DNA of 64,000 nucleotides. It comes from Chlorokybus atmophyticus. Lineage: Eukaryota; Plantae; Mesostigma and Chlorokybus algae. Under the pieces are notes generated by a model. That model was not told where the DNA came from. It searched no databases and was given only the letters and a program-made list of their open reading frames with translations. The stretch covers positions 248,001-312,000 of the forward strand of contig RHPI01001037.1 of NCBI GenBank assembly GCA_009103225.1, read 5' to 3'. Positions 13,165-26,374 of this stretch are shown one piece after another. How positions within the stretch are numbered: position 1 is the stretch's first letter; each line of letters begins with the position of its first letter. Both the position numbers and the translations under genes were made by a program.

Positions 13165-14508
13165 GCAGGCTGCCACCACGTACCTTGTAATTGTAGCAGG
13201 TTATTGTGTTGACATGGACTCAGTTGGGTCTTGCATGCAAGTAGAGTCAGCATATCTCAGGGTGGCAAAGTCTGAGTTTACTTACCCCACATGGGCAGCA
13301 TGTGCACACTCCTGCAGTGCATGGAAATAGCTTTCCTTGGCACTCTACCTCCGGCCTCCCAAGTGAACAATCAGTTTGGATGCGGGGGTTAAAGTTGCAC
13401 CTTCAAATCGATGCAGCAGCTTGTGCATTTTCCTGTAGTAAATGAAACTTGCATTAGATATATGCTTGCCCCCCACAACATGGCCGTCGTCTTGTCTTGC
13501 TGGGCAAGTTGGACCCCAGAGACATCACCTGCCGCTGCGCGCCTAGCCACGGAAAGGGGGGTCATAGCAGGATAGGTTGCCTTAGGTAGTCATGTCGTGC
13601 ATGTTCTGACAGATCAGGCTAATTGCGATGCCTGTCCACACGATTGTAATACAAGGGGTTTTTTGGCTTCATACGCGTCGTTCAGCTTCCGTTTCAATCA
13701 TGCAGCAGATAATGAAGGTGGGACCCACGTACGGTGTACACACGCCAATGCATTCAATTGCAGCACCAGTCCATCATGCCACAATACATCTCAATAGTGT
13801 GCACACTAAGGTACTTTCAGGCTCTTTACAGCCCTACAGACTGTACAGGATATGCTGGCAGTAGTTGGAGACATGCATGACCTCACTCACAGCATGCCAA
13901 ACAGCAACATGCAAGCACATTACATCACAACCGCCGGGCTATACACACTGTTTGTTCCTCACTACACTATACACTAGTCTAGACCTCCCCGTTAGGCATG
14001 CATACATGCGTGTTAGTAGTGCATTACCTGCCCACACGGGCTCTGTCGGTTGGTGTTGGCAAAGGCAGCAGTAGCAGCAGCACAGCATGACGACTCCCTC
14101 CCTTCCGCCTGCTCTCCCTCTCCCCCCGCCACCCACTCTGCCACGCAGTTTCCGCTGCTGCGTCTCTCACTACCCTAACCCTTCTCACGCAGTGCCAACG
14201 TCAGCACTGCCGCATGCAGGGCCACTGTGTCACTGGCGGTTAGGTCTGGTCTGTAGGGTTGGGTGGTGGGGTTGTGTGAAGCAAGTGATCACGAGGGGAT
14301 GGCCAGGCAACCACACAAGCAGCAGCCAAGCGCGCATGGACACAAACAAGCTGCTCAACTACCGGACACATATCCCCAACTAGGCTTGTTCCACACAAAC
14401 GCGCAAGCCCTGCCTCGCAGTAATGAGCAACGAGATGTTGCCACTGCAGACACAGGAAACAAGCTCAAGGCCACACCTGTACAAACTGAATGACAACTAC
14501 CAAATGGC

Positions 14509-15926
14509 TCAGCTCGACTTCAATTGCTTTCGTGCATCGCTGTTGGACTCTCTGCGCTCCCGCTTCGTGCCCTTCATCTTGTGCACGGCCATGCCTTGGA
14601 GCTGCAAGGGCATGGTTGTCATCGTTAGAAACAACGACACGCAAACACAGGTGACCAACACCTGCCACAGCAAGCACCGCTCCTCTGAGGAACGACATGT
14701 TACCTGCTGCTTTGGCACATAGATGCGTCCGACCTTGCCCACGAGCGCATCCGTCGACACGTTCTTCACCTGCAGGCAAACATGCACGGTGAGCGATGTA
14801 CAATGCGCAATGGCCTGGCCTGGTCCAGGGCCTCGCCGTCCACACGCACCTTTTTGTGTGCCGGTTTGGGTGCGAGCTTCATGGCTTCGCGCTCGAGGTC
14901 GGCAGAGGGCGTGCGCGTGCGCCGCAGCACGAGGTCCATGCTCGGGCCGATCTCCTCAAGCTCGATGCGCGGAGTCTGCCACTCGTGATTCAGCATACAC
15001 GATATGCAGAAAGCTGTAACGGTGCGCAGCTGTACCAACACGCGACGACAACAGCGCTTACCGTTGTGCCTGACTTCTTGAGCTTGATTCTGCAGTGGCG
15101 GAACAGCACGCGACCGCCAGGGACTGCCGTGCACACAATCGCGCGGTCCAAACCCTGCACGAACCATGACGATGACGGACGCAGCAGCGCGGTGGACAGT
15201 GCCAGTCAGCGGCACTGAAGCCAACATGCAAGCTGATGAGCATGCAGCATTGCGCGCACGCAGCTCACCTTGAGGTTGACGGCGTCAACGACAAGTCCCC
15301 GGAACATGTCCAACAGCAGACTCTGCGCGCAAAGCAACAAATGATATCAACACTCTTCGACGCACGCATACGCGTATGCATGGGAGCGTAGGCACCTTGA
15401 GCTGGCGGTGGTTGGGGCTGGACTCGAACTCTGCTCCGGCGAATACGAAGCAGGGCTTGGAGCCGTATCCTCCTGCGGCGGCGGCGGCTGCGCGCGCTGC
15501 GATCGGCCTGACTCCCTGCACTCCCGCCTCCACGGCGTCGTACAGCCTCCCGTCGTACATCCTCCCCAGCACGAGGTTGTCCGGCCGCTTCTTGGAGTGC
15601 GTCCCCAGCGCCAACAGCCCGCAGTCAGACCGCCCAGCCATCTCCTCCAGCGCCGCCTCGCCGCCGGACGCAGGGTCGAGCGGGGAACGGGCCTCCGCGT
15701 GGCGACGAGCGAGGCGGGAGACGGGCTCACCACCGGCGTGGCGGCAGAGGGCGTGGAGGTCGCCCAGGAGGCGTTTGAGGGCGGCGGAGCTCTTGCCGCC
15801 CCGCATGAACAGCGAGCGCTTGAGGCGCTCCACGGGCTGCGGCTCACGCTTCGCCAGCGCACGCTTAGCCCTCGCCGTCCGAGGCTTCACCACACGCTGC
15901 ATGATGCTACGCGAGGCACTCGCCAT
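14509..15926 (-). CDS. RPF2: Ribosome production factor 2 (Brix domain), six exons
   Basis: VVKPRTARAKRALAKREP; GTHSKKRPDNLVLGRMYDG; KPCFVFAG; SLLLDMFRG; LKKSGTT|TPRIELEEIGPSMDLVLRR; KNVSTDALVGKVGRIYVPKQ; KMKGTKRER; stop at 14509. Confidence 0.93.
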
Positions 15927-16351
15927 CGCCGCCAAGTGTCTGCACAGCTCCGCCGCCGCCGCCGCCGCCGACTCTGCTTTAATTTTCCCTGGGTCGGTAT
16001 CATGCGATCGCGGGGCAAAACCTCAAGGGCAGACTGTAGTGTAGGGCAATGGCCAAGCATGGCTGCAGCGTTTGATAGTGCTAGTTGGCTTGTTTGACAG
16101 TGCAAACAAGCCAAGTAAGGTGCTTCTAAGGTGGCCAACATACTAGCCCCCGCAACAAGTAACCGGCCCAGGGATTCAAGCGGCATTTTCTTGCACCTGT
16201 ATGGCTCAGGATTTGAAGTTAAGCAACATGAGCTCCAAAATTGCGTGGTGCTCGAGTGAAACACATAAGATGAAGAACTTATTAACATAACCTCCCACCA
16301 CCGAGCCAGCTTAAACCGCAATGTGAACGCTATTGCAAATGCATGCTAGTT

Positions 16352-16550
16352 AGAGGCAGCACCAGGGGAGAGGTGTGAGCAGCCGATGCGCGTGGTGTTT
16401 ACTTTAATGTCAATGTGTGACGAGTGCGATAGTTAACCACACCAACTTAGGCTGAGGCAGCGCCAGGGGAGAGGTGTGAGCAGCCAATGCATGTTGTGTT
16501 ACTTAACTGTCAATGTGTGACGAGTGCGACAGTTAACCACACCAACTTAA
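16352..16550. repeat. Two-copy tandem repeat of about 100 bp
   Basis: gaggcagc(a/g)ccaggggagaggtgtgagcagcc...gtcaatgtgtgacgagtgcga(t/c)agttaaccacaccaactta occurs twice in tandem. Confidence 0.85.
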
Positions 16551-17433
16551 CAAGCCGCCACTACATCGCACAAGTTTAAATGAACAGCGTTCTGAGGTAT
16601 TTGTATGTATTAAGATGTTGAGCTAGCAACTTTCTTGCCAAAGCCCATATGAGCCGAAGCCCGTACTAGTACTGCTTGAATGTTACCATGGTATGCTATA
16701 GTGTTTGCCACCGTGGTGTGCAAATTGCAATGCGGCGCATATATCCATCTTTTAAGTGTTCGACACATGCAATGCGGCGTGTACACAAAAGGCATATATC
16801 GTGCATCAGTGATAGTATTGCACACATTGATCATGCCCATCCCTCACACATTTGCCTACATAAAGGTTAATCCAAGATCGGCGGGCTGCTCACTCACCCC
16901 AACAACCACAACCCAACTACACCGTAAACGCTACTACTATTACCACGCCACTATCATAAGATACGCGCAATGTTGTTAGACATGCAGTGGCACTCTGCTG
17001 AACGGCACACTATGCATCTGTGTGTACTCGGGTTGGTGTTTACTGCTACTGTTCTCACTCATCATTGCATTGCACAGCACATATGAGCACTTTGTGTAGT
17101 GTGAGGTGGTGGCCCCAAGTGTAAAAAATGCAAAAAATGCATGTAGCTTGCACGACACATGCATAGCGCACAATGCTCACCATCATGCGAAGTTTATTCA
17201 CCACCGGGGTTTACCTGTACACATTAGCTACTGCCTCTAACCCTGTTATCATAAAAATATCCTTACTTGCTTGGCCTAGATGTATGCTTTAGCTTTGAGC
17301 ATAGCATGACTACACCGCAACGGCCCTGCGCTGTGCAGTGTGCAGCTGACATTGGCAATGCACAGCAAGGGTTAGGTCACGACAATACGGGAGAGCGCAG
17401 CAGACTCTGCAAAGGAGAGAGGGAGAGAGAGAG

Positions 17434-17495
17434 TGTAACGGGAAGGTACATTATATAACCACAAATCGACCATAAAAGCATCAAGTCTTTTATGG
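17434..17495 (+). mobile_element. Truncated solo LTR of the 79-bp-LTR TRIM family
   Basis: tgtaacgggaaggtac...accacaaatcgaccataaaagcatcaagtctttt matches the reverse complement of the LTRs at 27442-27520 and 27895-27973. Confidence 0.85.
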
Positions 17496-17640
<145 letters not shown>

Positions 17641-17731
17641 GTTGTCGTGGCTGCTATTCTAGCTGTATGCTCGCCTTGTGAACAACATTGAGCCCGTGTG
17701 GGCAGGTAACCATTGTACTATGTGCATGCTG

Positions 17732-17825
17732 TGTGAGCTAACGGGGTAGGGGTTGGTGAGTTACTGCTAGCTACTACATGTGAGCTAACGGGGTAGGGGT
17801 TGGTAAGCTACTGCTAGCTACTACA
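17732..17825. repeat. 47-bp tandem duplication
   Basis: tgtgagctaacggggtaggggttggt(g/a)ag(t/c)tactgctagctactaca occurs twice. Confidence 0.9.
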
Positions 17826-19699
17826 TAGTGATATATGGTAGCTAGCAGTAGCCCGATGGTATGCAGTATTAACGTGCCATTGTTAACATTGCATGCTGCA
17901 TGTTGTGCATGACAGTGCATGTTGTACAGAAAACGCGCAACACGTATGCACATGCATGACACATGCCATGGACCAGCATGATGTCAACATGCAATTCATA
18001 CTGTTCATGTAAACCACCGAGCTAGTAATACTTGATAACTTCACCACCTACTCTACTACCCACACCGCGTTAGCCATAGCAGTCAATACATGTAGTATTT
18101 GCTCGCATGAGCCGTGTGTTTGTCACCATGCATGCGGCTACCCAGCATACTATCTCTTATACATAGGGTACATGATAAGCGCGGCAATGTTGTAGACATG
18201 CATTTTAACGCCATGCATCACATGCAGCAAGTCTTACGCACCTCCATGCCCATATGCATGCGACCACCAGGCTAAATCTACCTTACACGCTACTCCTACA
18301 CCTACCGCCCCACTGTTGGTTATGCATGCAACGGTAGTGGCAGTGGTCGTCACCTGCACAGTGGCTTTGATATGCATTGTAGTCATCCCACAAACATGCT
18401 CATTTGCAAGTAGCTAGCACACAAGCACAAGCACAAACTATCAACACCAACACACTTATTACACCCGGGGCCTTCACCACCTAGCCTACACCACACTAAG
18501 TGCGTTATGTGCAAATACACAAGCCCTACTATGGCGGCTGTGGTGGCGTCTGCACCTCACAGCACAGCACAACCACACCCCCACTTCCTCCGTCTCCGCC
18601 CTGCTGCTATTGTCTTGCTGCTGTCGTCCTCCTGCCTGCCTAAAGCCACCGGCTTAATGCCTATATCTGCGTGACTACAAGTGGTGCATTGCTGCCTTGC
18701 CTGCTATGCCTCACCCCCCATCCTTGCACGCATTTAGCTAGTGCACTGCATTAGCTATGCCCCTGCCTTTGATTGCGCGTGCTGGTGTCCTGGCTACTTG
18801 TCTGTGTTATGCTTATTGTGTGTGAGTGCGACTTGCATCACCTGGAAAGCTCATATATGGATGAACTGCAACTATACCCTATGTAGTAGTTAGCACATGG
18901 ACTAGCAACAGCAAGAACACCACCGAGCTATCCAATACTATGCTTCTCAACTCACTACTTCCATTATTCTAACTACCCACCGTTGGACATGCATACATGT
19001 ACAAGCATGTGTGCAAGTACGCTACTTGAAGCTCATGTCACAAATTGCTTGTCGACATGCACCAGAAAATTGTGTAGGTATTCTGCCATTACGACATGTA
19101 ACGCAATGCAGTCCATTACTAATATACTAATATATGCATGAATTCCGCAATGAAAAATGGGGGTGTTCAATCCCATCGCAGTTTCTGGTGCTTCACGAAC
19201 AACATTTGTGGCACTATCACACAGTTTCATAGACGGACATGCGTTTAGTCCAGGCACGCCGATGTGCATACTGCCCAGCAATATTGGTGCATCACCTCAT
19301 CATGCAACAAGGGTCATGGCGACCTAGCCGGAGCTCAAGACTGCGTGCCATGTCCTACATGCGTAGGCAAAGACAGTGTCCTACATGCATACCTTGTTCA
19401 CAGAGAACACTGCTGAATGTGAATGCGGCGGTGGAGCATAACATGAAACTAAAGCAAGCCATGTTTGCAATGTTGGACCGGTAGGCATAACTCAAAATTA
19501 ACATGCTCAGCTTGCCAGCAAATGCTAAACGAACGCGCCGCAGGCTACGTCCAGCGCACACCACCAGTAACCCCACCCGCCAGCTTGTTTCACTACTTCC
19601 GCTACTGCAGCACGCATGCAACCCGCGCAAACGACACAAACAAAGACAGAAGGAAGGAGAAGCTCCCTGTTATGGTCAGCAGTGCGAGCGCCTCGCTAT

Positions 19700-20688
19700 T
19701 CACGACTTGGCGGCCTCCTCAAAGTTCTCCACCAGGTCGGGCACATCATCGTCTTCCTCCTCGTCATCATCCTCTGCGTCCGCAGCGCCCGAGGGGGCCT
19801 CTGCGCCAGCACCCTGCTGCTGGTACTGCTGCGCGATCTTCTTCAGATTCGCGAGGCTGTCCGGCCCTGTGGTCATGCACACATCAGTGAACATCCAACC
19901 CGTAACAATGCCACGTCGGCCACTTGCTGAACTACAATGACAAATTCCAACGACACAGTGGAGATAATGGCAAGGAATGTGGCGCAAGCCCTCATACCTA
20001 GCTGGTTGATGATGGTCGGCAGCAGATCTTGCAACTCTGCGCAGCCAAGTCCAGGTGTGAGTAAGAGAGAGAGGGAGAGAGAGAGATGTGTGCACGCCAC
20101 GGGAAGTCACAGGACGCTGCTTCAAGCAGTGTACACGTAGGGCGGTGCATGCTGGCGCGCAGTACAGCTAGATGCGCACGCTAGCACGTAGTCTTCAAGA
20201 GCACACGCTGGGCCGCGTCTGCGAGTGTGACAGGCGCCAATGCTACTGACCCCAAAATGCCTCGACTTCACCACGACCAGCCGACCAACACGGTGGCGAC
20301 ACAAGGCAAGGGAAAAGGGCCCACAGCATGCAGCCAATTGCCCGTCCCCTGCCCCATGCGGCATGCAAACACACACGCAACGGGGCCACATGCAAGGCCG
20401 CCAGCGCTTACTCTTGGTCTGGCAGGCGCCGGAGACGACGTAGGTGTTGGCGGCAATGGAGGCCTGCACCTTGGGCTGCGAGAAGTGGATGACGGTGTCG
20501 TCCTTGAAGATGTTAACCTCCTCAATGCCCGGGATGGCGTTGACGCCGAGGCGCTTGAGCGTGCCCTGTAGGCGCTTGTCGTCGGTGGCCGCTGAGCCCT
20601 TGTGCACTGCCTTCTTCTTCCGCCGGACGGAGCCCTTGCCGCCCGTGCGCACGGCCGAGGCCATCTTCATCAGCCTCTCGCGATTCAT
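19700..20688 (-). CDS. BTF3: Nascent polypeptide-associated complex subunit beta (BTF3), three exons
   Basis: [26 protein letters not shown]...[52 protein letters not shown]; exon 2 [13 protein letters not shown]; exon 3 [11 protein letters not shown]...[17 protein letters not shown]. Confidence 0.96.
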
Positions 20689-20984
20689 CTTCGCTGGAGG
20701 AGGCGGCGGCGGTGTGCGCGCCCGCGCTGCCTGTCTTGGCCTGGGCCTGCCGCTCGCTGTGCCGTGCCGCTACGGGATGTTGCTGGTGCGTGCGCGCGAC
20801 TGTTTCGCGCGAGTCTGCAGGGGAGAGTATGCAACCGAGGCCCTCCTACCGGAACGGGTGAGGCGAAGAGGGGTAACGGATGATGTAGATGACGCCGTCC
20901 CCGCCCTCGCTGCGGGCGTGCAGGTCGCCGCCGCCGCCGGCCTGGCTCTGGCTGTCTCGCCCGCCCCGTCTGCCGGCGGCCGCT

Positions 20985-20993
20985 AAACCCTAA
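20985..20993 (+). promoter_or_regulatory. Telo-box upstream of BTF3
   Basis: aaaccctaa about 300 bp upstream of the ATG; telo-boxes are typical of plant translation-machinery promoters. Confidence 0.55.
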
Positions 20994-21626
20994 CCTGACT
21001 CAGCAGCCCACAACCGCACTCCGCTCTCCTCCGCAGCGCACTCCTTGTGCGCAAGCCTTGATGATTTTATCAATGGCGACTTCCCATTCGGAATTGGCTA
21101 CTTAACTTAACATGAGGTGTCATTAACCGATACCAGTACCGGTAGGCCACGGCAGCGATCTGCCTTTAGCACGAAATGTCTTTTTCAAAAACCTGCGACA
21201 AATATGCAAAATGCCCTGCTCAAAGCAGGCCTTGATGATAGAGCTTTAATATGGATTTTAAGAGTAACACTGCTTTCATAAGTTGGTATCATACCATAAA
21301 TATATGACGAACGCAACTTGTGTATGACATCTTTATTGCGGTGCGTTATTACGTGCTTTATGATGATGGACTGTTATATTTGAGTCGTGCTAAAGTGTAT
21401 GTAGCGGTATGCTACTTTGCCGACGTGCGTTGCATTTTATCTATTAATCATAATCATACCTACGGTGCAATTTTGTTACGAACGACAAAGCCCTATAATG
21501 CAACACCTTTACTTTTTAAGGTTTTCATTTTCATGAAAGAAGAAGTTATCGTTCACTGCAAAGGTATGACAGTGTAACTTGTACCAACCATAGTTGATAA
21601 AACGCCAAACCGATACAACTGTCGTA

Positions 21627-22774
21627 CACCGGGGAAATAAATATTAAACCTTGTATGGTGCGGACGTCCGCACCAGGGGGGCAGAAGCGAGCGGTGGAAG
21701 CTACAAACCAGGGTCAAAACTTGGCGTATAACCACGAAAACCAACCCGATTTCCACAATTGTCACGACTGGTTTAGCGCTGAGCGCGCCAGATTTGGTCT
21801 GATAATAGTTAAAGCTCAACATTATTAACCGAAAAGGTTAAGACTACAAATTTAGCGCTGACCGCGCCGAATTTGGTCTGATAACAGTCAAAGCATAATA
21901 ATGTACATATGTGTACATGTGTGACAAACTAGTATCAACATCGCGCGCGCGAGACACCTCGATTGTCTCCGTCTGATTCGAACTCAGGCATGCGGCATAC
22001 GAGTTACGCGCCTTGCCGGCCGCACCATGCGGTCACCTATATCACAATTAGTGAATGTTGTAAATCCAAAGTTTATTTCGCAGTCAGGTCGCACCTTTTT
22101 GCATCGCTGAGCCGCGGAGCGAAAGGTGCGACCTAACTGCGCCGACTGAACGATACTATTTTTCAGTCTGCTTGAGCAAAAGGTGCGTGCCTTAACAACC
22201 GCCAACTGATCGAGGCTAATTCTTGGTTAGTTAAAGCAAAAGGTGCGCGACTTAACAGCCGCCAATTGATTGCGGCTAGTACTTGATCGGTTTAAACAAA
22301 AGGTGCGCGTCTTGACAGTCGTCAACTGGCCGAAGTTGATTCTCGATGAGTTGGAGCAAAAAGTGCGCGACTTGACAGCCGCCAACTGACTGAGGCTAAT
22401 CCTCGTCTCAGTTTAAGGAAAAGATGCGCAACTTAACTGCGGCCAACCAACCGAATAAATTTGAACCAGAATGTCCGCACTAGAGGCCGCGGCATGGTTC
22501 TAAATGCCATACCAGGCGCGGTTTGCAATCATGGACGTCTGAATTGCAACGGCATTTTGCCGTGTAGCCTGGTTGCAGCTTGGTGACCGGCGGCACCAGG
22601 AATAAACCATGGTGCGGACGTCCGCGGCCATGCATTTGCGCCATTGTTGGCGCGGATATCATCGGACCAGGTTTCCGCCATGGTAAGATCGATTGCGGCA
22701 TCCCTAGCGCGGCCAATTGTACGGGGCCGGGTTTGATTTCATGGAAACTTTGTTCCAATTTGCTTTCCGACGTA
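21627..22774 (-). mobile_element. Non-autonomous TIR-like element R1, copy 1 (60-bp tandem array, palindromes, tRNA-like cassette)
   Basis: Colinear reverse-complement similarity to 36209-37210; imperfect CAC(C/G)GCGAAAA-type termini; gtgcggacgtccgcac palindrome near one end. Confidence 0.75.
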
Positions 22775-25399
22775 ATGACGGTAACCACTCGACGTGTTAA
22801 CGTGCCCACAGCAGCGATGTGCATGGTTACACCAACACCATGTTGATCTGTTTTTATGTGAGGGAATACACGGTTTGCTCGCTTTGAGTGAAACATAATA
22901 TCACGTCCATTTAATCGCCGCCAGGTTGAAGTATTCGAGATACCCGCACATAGCCTAAGCACCGCTACTGTTGATAACGCCATTAGCTCCCCCCCAATGT
23001 AGGGGAAGTGCGGGATCATGCTTTTGAACAGCTCCGGTGTGAATAGCCTAGTGGCGGCCTCACGCATCACCACAAGCGCATATGCAGTGGGATCGGCCTG
23101 GCTCGTCATGGTGTACATGGTATGTATGGTCGCTGAAGCATGTTTCACCATTGCTGCGTGGAGGACTCCACCGACAACTTAAAGATAGGGCCGCCGTATC
23201 AGGTCTTGCTGGTAAGGTTACCCAGCCACAAGGCGTGCAATACTCCATCAAGCGACTCAAATAGCCACCATGGCCCTTTAGGGTGCTAATAGCACGTGAA
23301 GCTGCTGCGCCTGTCGGGAACAACTTAAAGTTGCGAAAGCGCTCAATCTTATGGTCGCTGGGGAGATGGTCTCCTGATGGCTATGCTCAACAGTAGCTAT
23401 ATACACCATGTGTCAGTGTCCACGGCGCAAGATGATCTGCCATGCCACTTGCAATTGTTTGGCAGGCCCCCTTGAAGTTCTGTGAATCACCCTTAAGGCT
23501 TTGTGGCTAGGCCACACGTAGGCTAGGCCTTTAGGTAGGCTCACAACATTAATCAAAAATGGTGTGCACATTTCACCAAGGTGGCATCGGGCACCACGTC
23601 TGCATTGTCCACTCAGGTACAATGAGGCACATGCGGGCATTGCACCCCCGATAATGATGCAGCACAGCATCAACACCATGCGGAGGGGTTGGCACCTATT
23701 GTTACACCCGCTTTGATGGCACTGAAAGGCATTGCCGAGTAATATTGAGCACGGCAACACGACGCTGAAGGACGCACACATTTTGGGGGCATCAGTGGCA
23801 AAGCGATTTACACTAAATGGGCCCCACTTGCGGGCAAGCAAATGGGCCTCAGGGGTTTGGAGAGTGCATCCGCCTTCTTATTGCGCTCACGTGGAACCCA
23901 CTTAACGTGCAAATGAATGCAATGGTGATGTGAAAGCAAGAAAAGCCTTTTTAACTTCACGAGCGGCGAGTTAATCAAGCGGCATGTATACCAGGACTTG
24001 AGCTGTATTATGCAATCAAGGTCCTGCACAAGACCTTGCACGAGGTATATGGATTGCAGCTTGCCACAGTTGCTGGCGAACAACTTTACTGGCACATGGC
24101 GCCTATGATTGAATGCACGCTGCAGGTGTCTGTGTAACCCATCCGCTTCTTGCAATGGACATGCACCACGCCAGTGTGTGTATTACATACATAAATGACT
24201 CTTAAGAACGACGCGGCTAGGCACCGTGTCGACCTTCGTTTTATGACCTTCCCACGCATTGCACATGCTTGCACCGCGGCCAGTGTGGAGGCACGCTCAG
24301 CGTTGAAGCGGGCAACTAAATAGGAAAACATCAATGTATGGCATTACGCGATGCCTTGTTCGTGCAATCGGTGCACCAACCGCTTCATCACTTTTGTGAA
24401 CACAAAGGCCGCGCTCAACTCAATTAGCATTGAAATGAAAGTGGTACACTTTGCCCACAAGTAAGAACCGCAAGTAGCCCCAAAAGGCGGGGTGGATGTC
24501 CACACACATGATGGTATCCAATTTCAAGTCCGTTTGAAACAACCAGTCCTCCAATTGCAGCAAGTCCGGGATGCTGCGTATCATAGTCACACATATGCAA
24601 TACGGGTGCTAATGCGTAGTACACAAACTACGCATATTTGTTCGTACTTTTTTCACATTACGATGGTCAGTACATATTTTGTATCGTATCCTTACGTAAT
24701 GCTCTTTAACAGCAGTAATGTATGTGGTGTGGTATGTGTGCTAACAAGTGATGGGCAACTTAATGTATATTACAATGCTTTATAACACAGTGTTTGATCC
24801 ACCAGTGACATTGTCCATGTCCGTATGAATGATAATGCATTTATGTAGCAAAACGTAATAGAATACCATAACACTTCGTTATGATGCCTTATTACTTGCT
24901 GTGCTGATAGGTGAGGTGGGTTCCAGCACTTAACGGTGCTGCCGCAACCTACCCGCCGCTTGACAGCCTGTCACTGCCAGGTCCTGCGCGGCACGTCACT
25001 GATGGCTGTTTGCTGCGCTGTTAGCAGTTGTTTACACTAGATGATCTATTTTGGCCAATTAATTGTATGATTTCATGTACTTTCAATGTATGTTTGACAA
25101 CTGCATGCTGCACGCGTGTCGTTGCGTAATATTATGCCAAAAGTTGCGTATTATGTGACTACGCTACATACATCCTCATACTTGAATGGTGTGGTCATCA
25201 AGTACGAGCTGACATGGCGCAAGTCCATGGTGAAGCGTAGCTTGCGGTCATCATCGACCAAATTGAGTGGGCTCACTACAAGGGGGAGTGTCACACACTT
25301 CTGTGCGGCACCATTATGTACTGAGGTGTCAATGGCAGTGATAGTAAAGTCGCAAACGCATGCACACCCTTGTGGTTGGCCACTGCTCATTTAGGGGGT

Positions 25400-26306
25400 G
25401 GTGTATGAGATCAAGAAATGCTCGCCTATAAACTCAAGAACTTGTTAAAAAGTTATGAGACTCTTGTGCCCTTGGTGCCTTGGGCACTAGGGGCACAAGC
25501 ATTTACTAGGCGTGAGTTGTGAGCCACGCACAAGCTCCTTAATTAGTGGCTTGAATCCCTAGCACGGCGGCACCATCCTTGGCGAGGGTGGAGAGGGTGA
25601 TAAACTGGTAGGGGGGTAAACGCACTCCACCATGCCTTCCACCACAAGGCCGCGGAGCCGTGAGGATGAGGAGGACATAGCGGCCTCCGCTGCTGCGGCC
25701 TTGTTTACCGCCATTGCTTGACTCGCGTTAAGAGTCCGTGTCGTGAGAAGGAGGAGGGAAGGAAGGAGAGGGAGGTGAATAAGAAGAGTGATGGTGGTGC
25801 GGAGGAAGACGATGAGGAGGATGTGGACTACCGCGTCAAGCGCACAAGGCGGGCTCTAAGTCCGCAAAGCCACTCCTCCATCCTTGCCTCGCTCTCGAAA
25901 GCCATGGAGAGGAGGAGATGTTGGAGGCGAAGAACATGCGCCTCAAGCGTGCGATCATTCTCTGCAAGGTCATGTGCACGCGCATCCATGTAGGAAGAAC
26001 ATAATGTGGGTGCGGGCTCGGCCCATGCCCTCTTGCACACCAAGGCGCTAGCCCATCATTTGTATGGATACACAATCATCCAATCCGATGCGTTTGTTCC
26101 GCATCCCTCCTCCCCCCCATGTTCGGCGGGGGGGGGGGGGGGGGGGGGGGGGGGGGNNNNNNNNNNNNNNNNNNNNNNNNNNNNNNNNNNNNNNNNNNNN
26201 NNNNNNNNNNNNNNNNNNNNNNNNNNNNNNNNNNNNNNNNNNNNNNNNNNNNNNNNNNNNNNNNNNNNNNNNNNNNNNNNNNNNNNNNNNNNNNNNNNNN
26301 NNNNNN

Positions 26307-26374
<68 letters not shown>

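Noticed and set aside
13200-14450. Short ORFs between CLC and RPF2 (also in 16600-19600)
   Set aside because: Low-complexity intergenic or UTR sequence with no coding signature or domain.
22087-22460. CRISPR-like array
   Set aside because: Units are contiguous diverged tandem repeats without unique spacers, in a eukaryotic TE context with no cas genes.
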